This document shows positions 37,191 to 49,700 of a stretch of 64,000 nucleotides of DNA, piece by piece (the first letter of the stretch is position 1; each line of letters starts with the position of its first letter). The notes below the pieces were generated by a model, which worked only from the letters and a program-made list of their open reading frames with translations, did no database searches and was not told the origin of the DNA. The DNA comes from Takakia lepidozioides (taxonomy: Eukaryota > Plantae > Bryophyta): contig CM060732.1 in assembly GCA_030704615.1 (NCBI GenBank), positions 35,154,001 through 35,218,000 of the forward strand. The letters run 5' to 3'. A program made the translations under genes and the position numbers.

Positions 37191-38289
37191 CAAAAGCCCC
37201 AATACCATGGGCGAAACCAACAGTCATATGTTTCGGCAAAACATGTGATCCCCACCTAGGGCAGGTCCAATCTGACCATGAAACGGCCTTTGAGACGCTT
37301 GTCTAGAGAGGACAAGAGTTGAAAATCCTGAAAGTTCCGTAATCTGCAACTACAATCCTCATGATCCCATGTCAAATACATGGAATCTGTCCACCGGAAA
37401 TTTCCGTCCCATCTTAATGTTTTGGTTGAGTGAAATTTTTTTATTTATGTGTGGCTACACTTTTTTGGGGATGGTTTCTTACGGTTTTACTTCCTCGGGC
37501 AAACTTTTTGGAAGATAAAGTACACCAACTATAGCCCATAGTTTGGATTATATATTGATGCTTATTCATCTTGAGGACCTTGAGCATTTTGTTTTTCTTC
37601 AAAATAAAAAAATGAGGGGGAAGGATTTCTTGGATGCTCTCTTTGTTAACTTATTCGTTTAAAACCCACCCAAAACACCCACAACAACAAACAAACTTTC
37701 ACTTGCACACTCCCACTCGACCCTCCACGCGCTCCTTCTAGACTTCCTCACCATGGAGCTGCAACTCACTCACTCATACTCCTCTAACCCTCACATATGC
37801 CCACTGGGATTATCTACTTACTCGAGTTTACACGACATTGATCAGCACTTTGGATCCCTGGGGACTGCATATTTCCACCAGTGGCAAGGGCGAGGGTTTC
37901 CACACCCCCCTAATGTCGCTTCTGCCAGTGAAACACTTCATTGGGCGCGCAATGCTGCACATCTGTCACCAGAATTTTTCACCATCTTATTTATTCCTAA
38001 TACTAACCATACCAACTCTAAACACCCAATAATAAGCGACCCTCTGGAATATTCACGTCAGCTACATTTGAACCTCGCTCAATCATTTATCAACCCCCAC
38101 CGCCGTGGCGCAATTACATAAAACATCCAGAACCGTTACTAACTAAACTGGTATGTGTACACCACCACTCACAAAACCCGCAAATACCTACCACTTTCTA
38201 CCATCAACTGGACCGGATTGATTCGGGGGTATTTGTTGGGTGTTTGGGTAGGTGGGTGGACAATGGCAGTGTGACCAAATAAATGTTTC

Positions 38290-40164
38290 AGAAAGAACCG
38301 AATCTCACCCATGTCAGTCATGGCAAACTCAGCACTCAACAGTGCTTTGGTTTCTAGCAACAACCTTTGATGATCGTTGGTGACAATGATTGTGTCATCC
38401 ACATATAGAGCTATGACCACAAATTGCTCTCCCATTTTTTTCACATAGATGTTTGTGTCAGCAATGCTTCGCTCAAATCTTGTCTTTAAGAGGTAAGCAT
38501 CGATCATAGCATACCAAGCTCGAGGACTTTGTTTGAGTTTATACAAACTCTTTTGCAGCTTACACACAATATCACTTCCTCCTTGTACAAACCCTTCAAG
38601 TTGTCTCATGTAGATCTCTTCTTGTAGTTCTCCATTCAGAAATGCGGTCTTAACATCCATTTGATGAACTTTGTGATTATGTTGAGCTGCAAGAGCTAAC
38701 AACACTCTGATAGAAGAAATCTTCACCACTGGTGAGAAGGTTTCATTGTAATCCACTCCTTGAATTTGTGCATAGCCTTTAGCTACAAGACGAGCTTTGT
38801 ACCGGTAAATAGATCCATCAGCTTTGTACTTCAACTTGAAGATCCACTTGCAACCAATGGCTCTTCGTCATGCAGGCAACCTAGTGAGTGTCCATGCTTT
38901 GTTTTGCATCAATAAATCCAACTCTGAGTTGATTGCTTCTTCCCATTGTAGTTAGTCTAGAGAGCGCATCGCTTCCTCATATATAGCAGGCTCAACCACT
39001 TGTGATGCTTCTTCCATAGCTTCAATGGCACTCATAGATGTAATCAGCCTACTAGGAGCTTTTCTTTCCCCTTGAGATCTCCTTAAAAACCTCTGGGACT
39101 TCTGAGACATATGTGAAGGGAGTCTTATATTCAAGACTATTCCAGTCTTGCCTGTGAACAAAGCTCTGTCTACCTCTGTAGACGTACCTTGACATTTTCT
39201 TCTTGTTTCCTCCTTGAGGAGAAGTCCTATGACGACATCAATAGTTAAGTTGGTTTGTCCTGCTAGAGACACCACAAAACCATCATAGGATTCAGGTAAG
39301 GTTGCCAATAACACCACTGCGGCGTGTTCATCAGTCACATTAGTTCCCACAGAGACTAGTTGATCTCGCAACACACAAAACAAATTCAAGTGTTGTTCAA
39401 CTGAGTCTGACTCAGTCATCTTCAGACCATAGAACTTTTGCGTCGCATACACTTGCGATGTGACATCCTTCATCTCATATATGCTTGCTAGCTTGTCCCA
39501 AACATCCTTAGCATTCTTAGCACTTATAATGAGATGCAACTGATTGTCTCTCAAGCTTGTGATGATGCTAGCTCTTGTTTTCTGATCTTTCCTATCCCAT
39601 ATGGCTTGGCCAACAATAGTGTCAGGTCTTGGGACTGATCCATCAACCACTCCCCATAGATCTTTGTCTAGAAGGACCATCTCCATCCTAAACTTCCAGG
39701 TTTGATAGTTAGCTCCATTGAATCGATCTTCCACTCTCACATCTAATGCACTCGTCATAGACATAGAAGGAGGATTGCTAAAAGACGACGCTCCAGCCAT
39801 AATCAAGTTCTCTCAATCTCAACTACCAACTCTCACCTAGAGAAGAATGGCTCTGATACCATGTTAGAATTGAGCAAGAACATGAACAAGAACTAAAGTC
39901 TTAGACTAAAGCTAAAACTAAAGCTCTCCTCCCAACCATAGAAGCCACCATCATACTCTTACACTTAGACTACTGCACCCCCGAGCTTGTACAAGAAGGT
40001 CTCTAGAAAGTCCTACTTGGTCACTTCCACTTCCACTATGGTGTCCATCCACCTTCTAGCCATTCACCTTCCAAAGGTGAGTTAAACAAGATAGTCTCTT
40101 AGACTTCTAAACCTTTGGCCTTCAAGACTCTTAGTCTTCTAGATATATTTAATTACTTCCAACA
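38290..40164 (-). mobile_element. Ty1/copia 5' half: 5' LTR (39862-40164), Met-tRNA PBS, gag and RT N-half; PR/INT deleted
   Basis: PBS TGGTATCAGAGCC at 39849-39861. gag [41 protein letters not shown]. Confidence 0.92.
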
Positions 40165-41194
40165 TAAACCATCTGGATTTCGGATGTGAAATGAGAATTT
40201 TGTGGAGTTGTCTAACCCCTTGGTTATGTCTAGTTGTTGGCAACCCATGAATTATGGGGTGGTTGCAATGGAGAAGTAAGTGTGGTCATGTATCTATGTG
40301 TATCCATGTATCATGTATCTTGGGATGAACATAACACACAATATTTATTAGGGTATAATAATGGCCAGAACAAGTTCCGTCGTTGATTGCCCATGTATTG
40401 ACCATACCGAAATTTCAAAGTTTGTATTATTTGTGCATCAGCAAACGGCGATGTCCAAAAATGATTGACCATACTATGTAGCAGGTGCGGGGACGAGACC
40501 CTCTTAGATATGTAGGAATTTCTGTAGGCGCGGGATTCTTGTATGAGTACTTTGGTCTCGCCTTGAATGTGTGTGTGCAGATTTCGTATAGGTGCTATGG
40601 TCGGGAATCTAGCCCTTGTTGATATGAGCCAAAACGGGTATGTGTGCTACTGGTAGATAGGGCTGGTCGAGGGGTTGGTGATTGGCTGAATGGCACCAAG
40701 TTGAGCAAGATGGTTTGATATGTCATTACCTATTTATGTCTATGTGAGATCGAACTTTATGTATATGGATTTGCAATGGTAAAGAGGACACAACATCGTC
40801 GATTCATTTTATGAGTGTAATATCAGGATGGTGGATCTGTGATGATGGCATGCAAATTTGGTTGGTGAGAAGGTATAGGGAGACCAAGTTGTCTGTAAAT
40901 AAATAGTATGTTGAAGTAGGTTGGTAGGGGAGAGACTTGAGAGCATCATGTATAGCCATAAGCTCCCCTCGCAAGATATTTTTTGGCGACTAGGGAGACG
41001 GCTATATATCTTGGTGTTGGTGCCAACCAAATATATACCATAACCCGTCTGGGCATCTTTTAAGGAGCCATCAATATATATGCACTTTTGTGGTGGGAAT
41101 TTCAAGGTTGTGGGTTCCGTGAAATTTGGGAGTGGTATAGCAAAGTTCTTTTGTCTCGCTGCCCAAAGAGGCCTGGGGTCACATGTCTCCACGG

Positions 41195-42408
41195 TTTCTT
41201 GGTATTCAAATCAACAGAGATCGAGTGAACCATACAGTATTCATGCATCAACGACAATACATTGAGACAATTTTACAAAGGTTGAAGTTGGAGATGAGTA
41301 AGCCAACATCAACTCCTCTCAAAGTTGGTATGAAACTTACGAAGGATATGGCACCTAAGACTCAAGAAGAACAAGAAGATATGAGGAAAACTCCTTATCC
41401 AAGCGCAGTCGGCAGTTTGATGTATTGCATGGTTTGTACTAGGCCAGACATTGCACATTCAGTGGGAGTGGTCTCACAATTTCTTTCAAATCCCGGACAA
41501 ACCCATTGGAAAGCAGTGAAGAGGATATTTCGATATCTAAGAGGAACATTAACCTCTGGTCTACTCTACAAGAGAGTGGAAGATCCAAGTTTGTTGGGGT
41601 TTGCTGATGCTGACTGGGCAGGAGACGTTGATAGTAGAAAATCAACTTCAGGCCATTGTTTTCTCCTAGCAGGTGGAGCTGTATCTTGGTCTAGCAAACG
41701 ACAAGTTGCAACAACGTTGTCATCAACAGAAGCTGAGTACATGTCCATTACACAAGCAACAAAGGAGGTTATTTGGTTACGGAAGTTGCTTGGAGATTTG
41801 GATCATCTTCAATCACTACCTACGACTCTCTATTGTGACAATCAAAGTGCGATTGCACTAAGTCAGAATCCGAAGTATCATTCAAGGACGAAGCACATTG
41901 AAGTGCAACATCACTACATACGGGAAGTTTGTATGCAAGGGAGAGATCAAGATGATCTATTGTGCTACAGGAGATATGGTTGCGGATGTTTTGAAGAAGA
42001 GTCTACCACAAACAAAACACATGAAGTGTTCAGCCTTACTTGGTGTCTCTTCTCCAAAGACAAACGAAGTAGCTCAATGATATGGTTTAATTGAGTGGGA
42101 GTGTTGGAAGCAATTAAACATATCTAGAAGACTAAGAGTCTTGAAGGCCAAAGGTTTAGAAGTCTAAGAGACTATCTTGTTTAACTCACCTTTGGAAGGT
42201 GAATGACTAGAAGGTGGATGGTCACCATAGTGGAAGTGGAAGTGACCAAGTAGGACTTTCTAGAGACCTTCTTGTACAAGCTCAGGGGTGAAGCCACTAG
42301 TCTAAGTGTAAGAGTATGATGGTGGCTTCTATGGTTGGGAGGAGAGCTTTAGTTTTAGTTTTAGTCTAAGACTTTAGTTCTTGTTCATGTTCTTGCTCAA
42401 TTCTAACA
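41195..42408 (+). mobile_element. Ty1/copia 3' half: RT C-half, RNase H, PPT and 3' LTR (42102-42408)
   Basis: FLGIQI, TRPDIA, ADADWAGD, SSTEAEY, CDNQSAI, HSRTKHIE. PPT ttgagtgggag. The LTR is an inverted match to 39862-40164. TSD GTTTA. Confidence 0.92.
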
Positions 42409-45400
42409 GTTTAACCTCATCAATGCAGGCACGTTCCTGCAAGGTCATCCACCGGACCACACTATACCCCCATGGCTACTGCCGTGTGTATGCTCCCAAG
42501 GGCAACCCATGCCTTTGCCTGACAAGGCTATGCCCATATATTTTGCTAGTCTAGGGATTTCTTGTACTGGCATTGCCGCTGACAGAACTGCTTCCATCTC
42601 TCAACATACATTTTTTGGAATTCGCTTTCTGCCATGATTGAAATCCAGATCAATCAATTATGTACAAACACGAAAAATGTAACCCAATCATACATGCCCT
42701 CCGTGAGAGAGGTCGGAACATGAAAGATAATCTCAACCTACCACCCAAATACACTACACCTCTACTACAAGCCTTGCATTTCACGGCTATTACATTACTC
42801 ATATCCTTAATCCTCAATAAGCGAAAGATTGAAAGTGGCCAGCTAGGCACTCTGTGACCGGTTACGGTGCAGATAGAGCCCACCCCCAAAAGGGCCAGTG
42901 GTACCCGCACGGGGAAGAGGCTCTTATTTACGCTCTTATTTACGCTAGCTTCGGTTGGCGTCATATAGATATATATATATATATAACAAAAACATAATAA
43001 TCTTTACGTATTTACGGTCGAAACGCTGAAATGTTCAGGTCCTGAATGACTGAATGCCGGGGGCAGGGGGGGTGGGTGATGAGGACCAAATTTAGCAGGT
43101 GTTAAAATGTTTTTCTGTTTTGTTTTTTAAGGTGGGTTTTCAGATTGCCCTTAATATCTGCCCTTCTTTTTGAGTTTTTTTTCTTCTTCAACTCCCATTC
43201 CTATACAGAAGAACTTATGCTGCTGATTGATTTTGGTTCCTTGCTATATCCTCAGCACTGTGAGAAGGTTCCTCCCCCTCCCAACTTAGATAGACACACT
43301 AGCCCCACACTAGTGGTAAGCTAGAAGAGTGAGAGACACACACAAAGTTGCTTGCTTGTTGGTCTCTGACAACTGCTCACGTATGCAGTCATAATACGAC
43401 ACACAAGTCCAGCCAGGCGCTGCCGTAAAACTTCCATGCAAATTCCCTTTCAGCTCACTTGATACTCCGAGATAACAGGTCATCACTAAAGTTATCTGCA
43501 CTTCTCCCAATATTGTAAAGTGGTCGAGCTTGACTTGTAAGTAGAGGATGGACTTGCCAGAAAGTCACATCGCTTGGAAGAAAAAAGAGTTGGATGGATC
43601 CACAGATATTACATGGAAGCTACGGTCTAAGTGAATTGTCTGGCAGGGAGAAGCCCACGCTTGCAAGCCATTGCTTTATTATGCTCCGCTCCGATTGCTG
43701 ACAAAGGGGAAAAGTTTCTGCCACAGAATAGTACGCTTGGCTGCCTATCCCCCACAACCTTACATGCGACGGAGTCCATGGTACTGGTGTAGTCATAGAG
43801 AGCCGGCGGACGGTTCCTTTTAGATTGGAAACTTGGGCCGATGGTAGTTTCCAACATACCAACGTGGAGCATTGTCTGCAATATGGGTCCTACCACAAAA
43901 TATTTGTCTGCATTGCCCAGCCTATAAAAGACATTCGCGAGAATCTGAGATCCTTCCTGGACTGACAAAATTGTGGGAGTCAGAGCAAGCTCCAAGCGTC
44001 ATGCCCTACCACTTACGAGAACCGAGATATGACGGATTTAGCGAAGGGCAGCCACACTAAGGTGTTCCAGTAGAGGATGCGTCTAAAATATCTAGAGAAC
44101 ATCTTATTTTTGGGGTACTTGAGGCAACGTAAAGTAAAGACCGGCCAGGATTTTTTAGTTAAGAGGATGGCGCCTTACGCGGACGGATTTTCCCGCCAGG
44201 TGAGCATGGCACCTTACGCCGCGTAAGGTTCCTGCTCTTGTGAGGCGTCAGATTGAGATGTTCCCAGCCCTGCATGGTAAGAAAATCCAGGTTGTTTTTT
44301 TACGCAGGGTGAGGCCCGAGGGACGGGGGCCTTCCTCTCGTCTGGTAGCATGATCCGCCGTGTCTAGAGGCCCCCATTGAAGATGCCCCCCCAAATTGGC
44401 ACACTTGCAGATCAAGTTTCTGTGATTGGGTCATTTGGATTCCATGTGTGATGATGGTTGGAGGAACTAGGAACCTCAGTGATGAATGCAGCACTTATCC
44501 CGGGACTACTACCACTGTGATGGTAACCTGTTATTGTTATCTTTCTCCGCCACAAGTCCGTGGAATTTGGGATGGTGGGTCTGAAAATGTTCTGTAGAGT
44601 CTAGACTAAGAGCCCTGTGGAAAGCTGATTAGCAAGACAAAGTAAAAATGTATTCAGCAGGTGAGTGGAATTATTCAAAAACACCTGTAAGTAATTGCTC
44701 GTCGCATGAAGAATGAGCGAAGGCGATTAAGGAATCCTAACGTTGAGAACACGTGGCACTTTTTTTAGTTCTCTGTTTGCATAGTTTCATTTTCGACCAT
44801 GAATCGATAGTGGAAGAGCACATGTCGAATCTGGGACAATGAGGAATACGCTATCAAGCAATCCATCGAGGATAGATGCTGATATGTCGATACCAACTTG
44901 CTATGTTCATACTCATACCCACTTTGCTATGGAGACTGTACGTCTGTAGGCCACTTATGTAGGCTATTTGATGTAATAAGTACTCCCATTTTGACGCCAG
45001 AGGGCACATCTGCATTCCCAGGGATGGAATAAGTTACATAGAATCAGATGGAATCATTGACTGAGGGAGTCGGTTAGAAGAAAGAGGAGAGGAATGTAAG
45101 TGTATAATTTAGTGCAGCACAGTACAAATATGATAACAAACGTGCGCAAAAAGTGATCATTGGCATTTACATGCCCAACTTTGATGCAAAGATCAATGGT
45201 CATTGGTCGTTTTGCAGAAACCTCTGCGAAGATCTAGGAAACCTGGTGGGCCCTTTGTGCAGGAGGAAAGGGTACGTGCCTACCTACTTATTACTGGCTG
45301 TGGGCTCTGGAGCTTTTCGGGAAGGGCCGTTGATGATAGCCCAGTTTTGTCTGCCATTGACACTGCAGTACTGGAGAGAAGAGAACAGGCTCCCTCCTCC

Positions 45401-46735
45401 AATTGTCACATTTGTTTTCTGCAGCATTCCCCTTCCGCATTACATTTCAACGTTCTGAGCGTTTTTGTGAGTTGGGTGGACTTGCTTCCTTAACCGGGAT
45501 TTGGGTTTCGCTTCCTCTCCTCCTCCCAGGTAAACCTCCGCTATTATGTGGATGTTATGAAGTTTCTTTCTTCTTCCTCTGTCTCTCTGCATTGCTCACT
45601 TTTGTTGTTACTCTTCGTGAATGCATAGTGGGCGATTCTCCGACGCCGCCCTTTTTTTCTTCCCTCAATTTTTTGACTTCCTCCTTGTGGGTGTAATCTT
45701 TGTGTGTTGAGTAGCCTACTTCAGCGTAAGTCAAATGAGGGAAGAGCTGTGTGATGTCTCTCCCCGCTTCTCTGCGTTCGTCCACATCGTAGTTTCTTGC
45801 TTATGTCAGCTGAAGTGCTCACACGTTGAAGCATCTGCTAAATAGAGATATGCAGCTCTGTAATGACAGAAGTGGTATTCCAAGTCCGCTCTTTCATGTG
45901 TGATTTCGAGCTTAAGCTCATATATTGTTTCAAGCTAGGGGAGACTGCCCAATTGCCACACTGTTGCGATTGGAAGTGTTTCAGACCACTCCTATGCTAA
46001 CGGATCACCAGATTGGGGTACAATTTGGGGCGTACGAACATGGCATTACATTTTGTGACGCAAGACTGAGAATGACGATACATCCACTGACAAGAGTGGG
46101 CATTACTGAGAGTTATGGAGTGCAATGTGGATGAGTAGCTGACAGATACGGTCCAGGAGACCATGGATTGGTCGCGAGCATCTCACTCTCGAGCCCGGTG
46201 TCTGACTTTAGCAGTTACACGAGGAATCCAGACTTCCTACGGAACATTGTAACACTACGTGAACATTATTCTTTAAAAGTGGGGCGTTGCTTAGTGACGC
46301 GTGCTCAGTTTCGGATACTTATTGAACCACTCCAACAGATGAGCCAAAATTTAATGGATTGTGCATACTTGAAGATAAGGCTGCAAGCGTCGCCCATGCT
46401 CAAAGACTGGCTTTATCAAGCAAAATTGAATCTAGCAGCAAGCCAGTGATATAGCAATTTTCCGGATGTCACAGTGACCAGGGAGCTTGATCTATAGTGC
46501 ATGTGCAAGTTGGACAAATTTGATACATTCTGTTGCTGCTAGCTTAGGTGATTGTCATGCATTATTTGTAGGCCACTCCTGTCTTGTGCTCTTGCCCAGT
46601 AGTTCAGCTAGATTAATTATGATAAATCTTTGCCTGCGCAGGAATTGTACATGGACGTACCTGATTATTTCTTTCCTTTTGCAGCATCACGAAGCAAGTG
46701 AAGAAAGGGCAGAGATTTTGAGGAGTGAAGACAAA

Positions 46736-49700
46736 ATGAGGGTGGCAGTTGTTGGGGCAGGGGTGGCGGGTCTTACAGCCGCACGTACCCTTGCTCTTGC
46801 TGGGGCGGATGTAGTCATATATGAAAAGGAGAATTATGTTGGGGGCCATGCCCGCACTGTCCATGCCGACAGTGTTGCCCTTGACACAGGTTTCATGGTC
46901 TTCAATCGGGTATGTGGCGAACATTGCTAAAACACAAGCAGTCACCTTCACCCTTAAGGTGGAAGAATTGCATCCTTCTTTCTTTTCTGCCCCCTCCTCC
47001 AATTGTTCTCAGGTGCAGAGTATGAGGGAAGGAAAATACCAGTACTGTCACACCTGCTGACTCCACTGCTTGAACCTGGACATACAAGAGCTTAATCTGT
47101 CATGCAATCCCCCAGAACTACTATTGAAGTGGCCAAAGTGGAACGCTTGATCTTGGAAGTGGTATTTGGATACAAAGGCGTGGAACTTCCCTGGACAAAG
47201 CTCACCACTTTTGTCATGGCTGTAGATTGGGGACCCAGTTATCTTGCCTGGCAAATTTGCCAAGACTGCTTACCAAGGTAATCGTTCCAAAGAATGAATA
47301 TTACAAATTGGTCTCTGATTTTCTAGTGTGCCGTTGTATGATGGTCTAGGTCACATATCCCAACATGATTGAGCTCTTCGAAGAAACAGGTGTGGAGATG
47401 GAGACCTCAGATATGTCATTCTCCATCAGCCTGGATGAAGGCAGGGCGTGTGAATGGGGAAGCAAGAGCCTGGCAGGAGTCTTTGCCCAAAAGCGCAATC
47501 TTCTGAACCCCTACTTTTATCACATGATATTTGAAATGGTCAAGTTTGAAGGTGATACCCTCAGGTACAGTCCTAATTATACACTTGACCATCTCTTGGG
47601 GGCATCCTTCACCTCTTCCCTTGAAAATCACTTCTCTGGACATTCTTTCTCTATCTTACTCCACCCCTAGCCCCCTGTGCATCTATATTACGGAGTTATA
47701 TAGTGAACTGTGTAAGCCTTGTGTTCAGACCGTAGCACAGAAATAGGGTTGGGTCATACCACTCAAACGCCACATAACCAGTAGATTCAGATGACTTGTT
47801 ATTTCCCAGGTTTGTAAGTTAACTGTGGGCTTGATGTTTGATGGCCAGGTTCCCCTGTGTAATCATTGTAGCATCTCGGGTACCCACAAGTGATAAGACC
47901 AGGTGGTGAAGAAATTTTAGCTCTACAGTGAATTTCAATCGTTCCTTATGACCCCCCTGTGCAGGTATTTGGAAAGACTGGAGGGAAACGATGTCACTGT
48001 CAATAGCAATGAAACTCTTCAAGAATTTCTCGATGCTCATGGCTACTCCAAGAAGTTCTGCGAGTGCTACCTGGTAACAATTGGGCCCATGTCATTGAAT
48101 ATTGCTTCCGTATAGTATGCAGTGTTACAGACCAGTTTCACCTTTACCAGGATGTATTACGACTCACTTGTCAGGTTTCCAAGCAAGGACTCTTGGGAGG
48201 AGTTGTGCTTTCGTTTTGAATGAGTTTCTCTTACTGTCAATATGTGGGGGAAGACAGGTGCCTGTGTGTGCCTCAATATGGTCATGCCCATCAGAGACTG
48301 TAATGGGGTTTTCAGCTGCCAGCATTCTCACATTCTGCCGTAATCACCACCTACTGCAGGTATGGCCTGTATGATTTTGGCTCAGCTTTGGGATGCTATG
48401 TTACAGTTGAATGATCTACAAGTTTTTCTTTTGTTTTCTATTTCTGTCTCATCGCCCTTGATTCTGTCTTTAACCATCCTCTCTTGTTTTTCCTTCGTGT
48501 GTTCAAATAAAGTTCTCTTTTCCTGGGGTGTTTGGAGTTTTTAGGCCTAAACTCACAATGAGGAGAGTCCTTTGATACCGTCAGGAGCCAGGGGAATACC
48601 ACAGACACATGGATGGAAAGTGGGGTGGCACAGAGGTACAAAGGGGAAAGAGAGCCTAGGTGGCAGTAGTTCATGTGATGTGCCCCACAGAAATTGGATG
48701 TAAGAGGGGTTTGCACAATGCCACTGCAAGAAAGTTGTAGCCCACATTTTCTGATCATGTGCTGTGACTGGTGCAGCTGTTTGGCCGCCCAGAATGGCTG
48801 ACTGTTAAAGGCCGCTCTGAAACCTATGTCTCCAAGGTGTGCTAAGTTTCTTCTAGCTGGTCTCGTGCCCGTAAATAATTGTCCTACTGGTTTGTTTTGC
48901 CTGAAAATGCTTTCGTCCTATTATTGAGTATTGTGACCTTTGCAAAGCACATGTATGCGGCACTAAGCTGTCTGGAGGTGGCAGATAGTTGCGGAGCTGG
49001 AAGGAGCAGGTTCTAAAATTCGGACAAGCTGTACTGTCACCCACATTTTCACGTCGTCATATGGTATAACCTCTTGAATGGATAAGACCTTTACTGTGTG
49101 TCTTGGGAAGAGATTCCTACTTACTGGATTCTCCTTGCGGCTTTGGAAAGACCCGGCCTAGTCTGAGAGAAAGTGGTGAAGGAAGGTCACTACCACTGCT
49201 CACAGGTTGTTCCATTGTGGAACTGTCTGTAGGTGTCGGATTAGGCTAGTCTTCTTATTGTCTGTGGGGGCCTTCGGTGGAGCATTATGGTGAAGAGTTT
49301 GGACCACATGTTGGTGACAGCTTTAGAATTGTCGTGGAGTGCCTCAGAATAAAAGGATAGAGGAAAGTAGTTAGAAGAGTGTCCATAGCCTTGTGGGTCG
49401 TTGGATTTCAGCTCTCCATCAGCACTGTTCCTTTCTAGCTTACAACAGATGTGACATGTGGCTCTTAGAAAATGGAGAAGTTGTTGGTTGTCAGAAGAAG
49501 AAATGAAACGAAATGGTACGTTATAACGTGTAAGGAACTTCTGAAATTCCATAAGGCCAAAGAACTGATGGGACAAACACACAACTGATGAAGCAGCTGG
49601 TAGGAATGACCCCTACATCTCTGCACAAAAATGGATTCTCAGTCTCTATAGCTTTAGTCATGGAGGCCAGTTCTGACTCCAGAAGATGTACAGTTCTCAG

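Larger units (their letters stand above)
37680..42962 (+). mobile_element. RLE-type LINE copy 3, interrupted by Copia and partly inverted (pieces ~37680-38289, 41194-40165 inverted, 42414-42962)
   Basis: PCIF1-like ORF 37753-38121 and RNase H ORF 40809-41192 (CIYIDGSLKDAQTGYGIY). HPKSRWF|NLINA is rejoined across the Copia TSD. C-terminus LHFTAITLLISLILNKRKIES, a 3' hairpin and a (TA)n tail. Confidence 0.75.

Noticed and set aside
44168-44232. Small ccttacgc/gcgtaagg repeat cluster
   Set aside because: Too short and degenerate to define an element; probably a MITE remnant.
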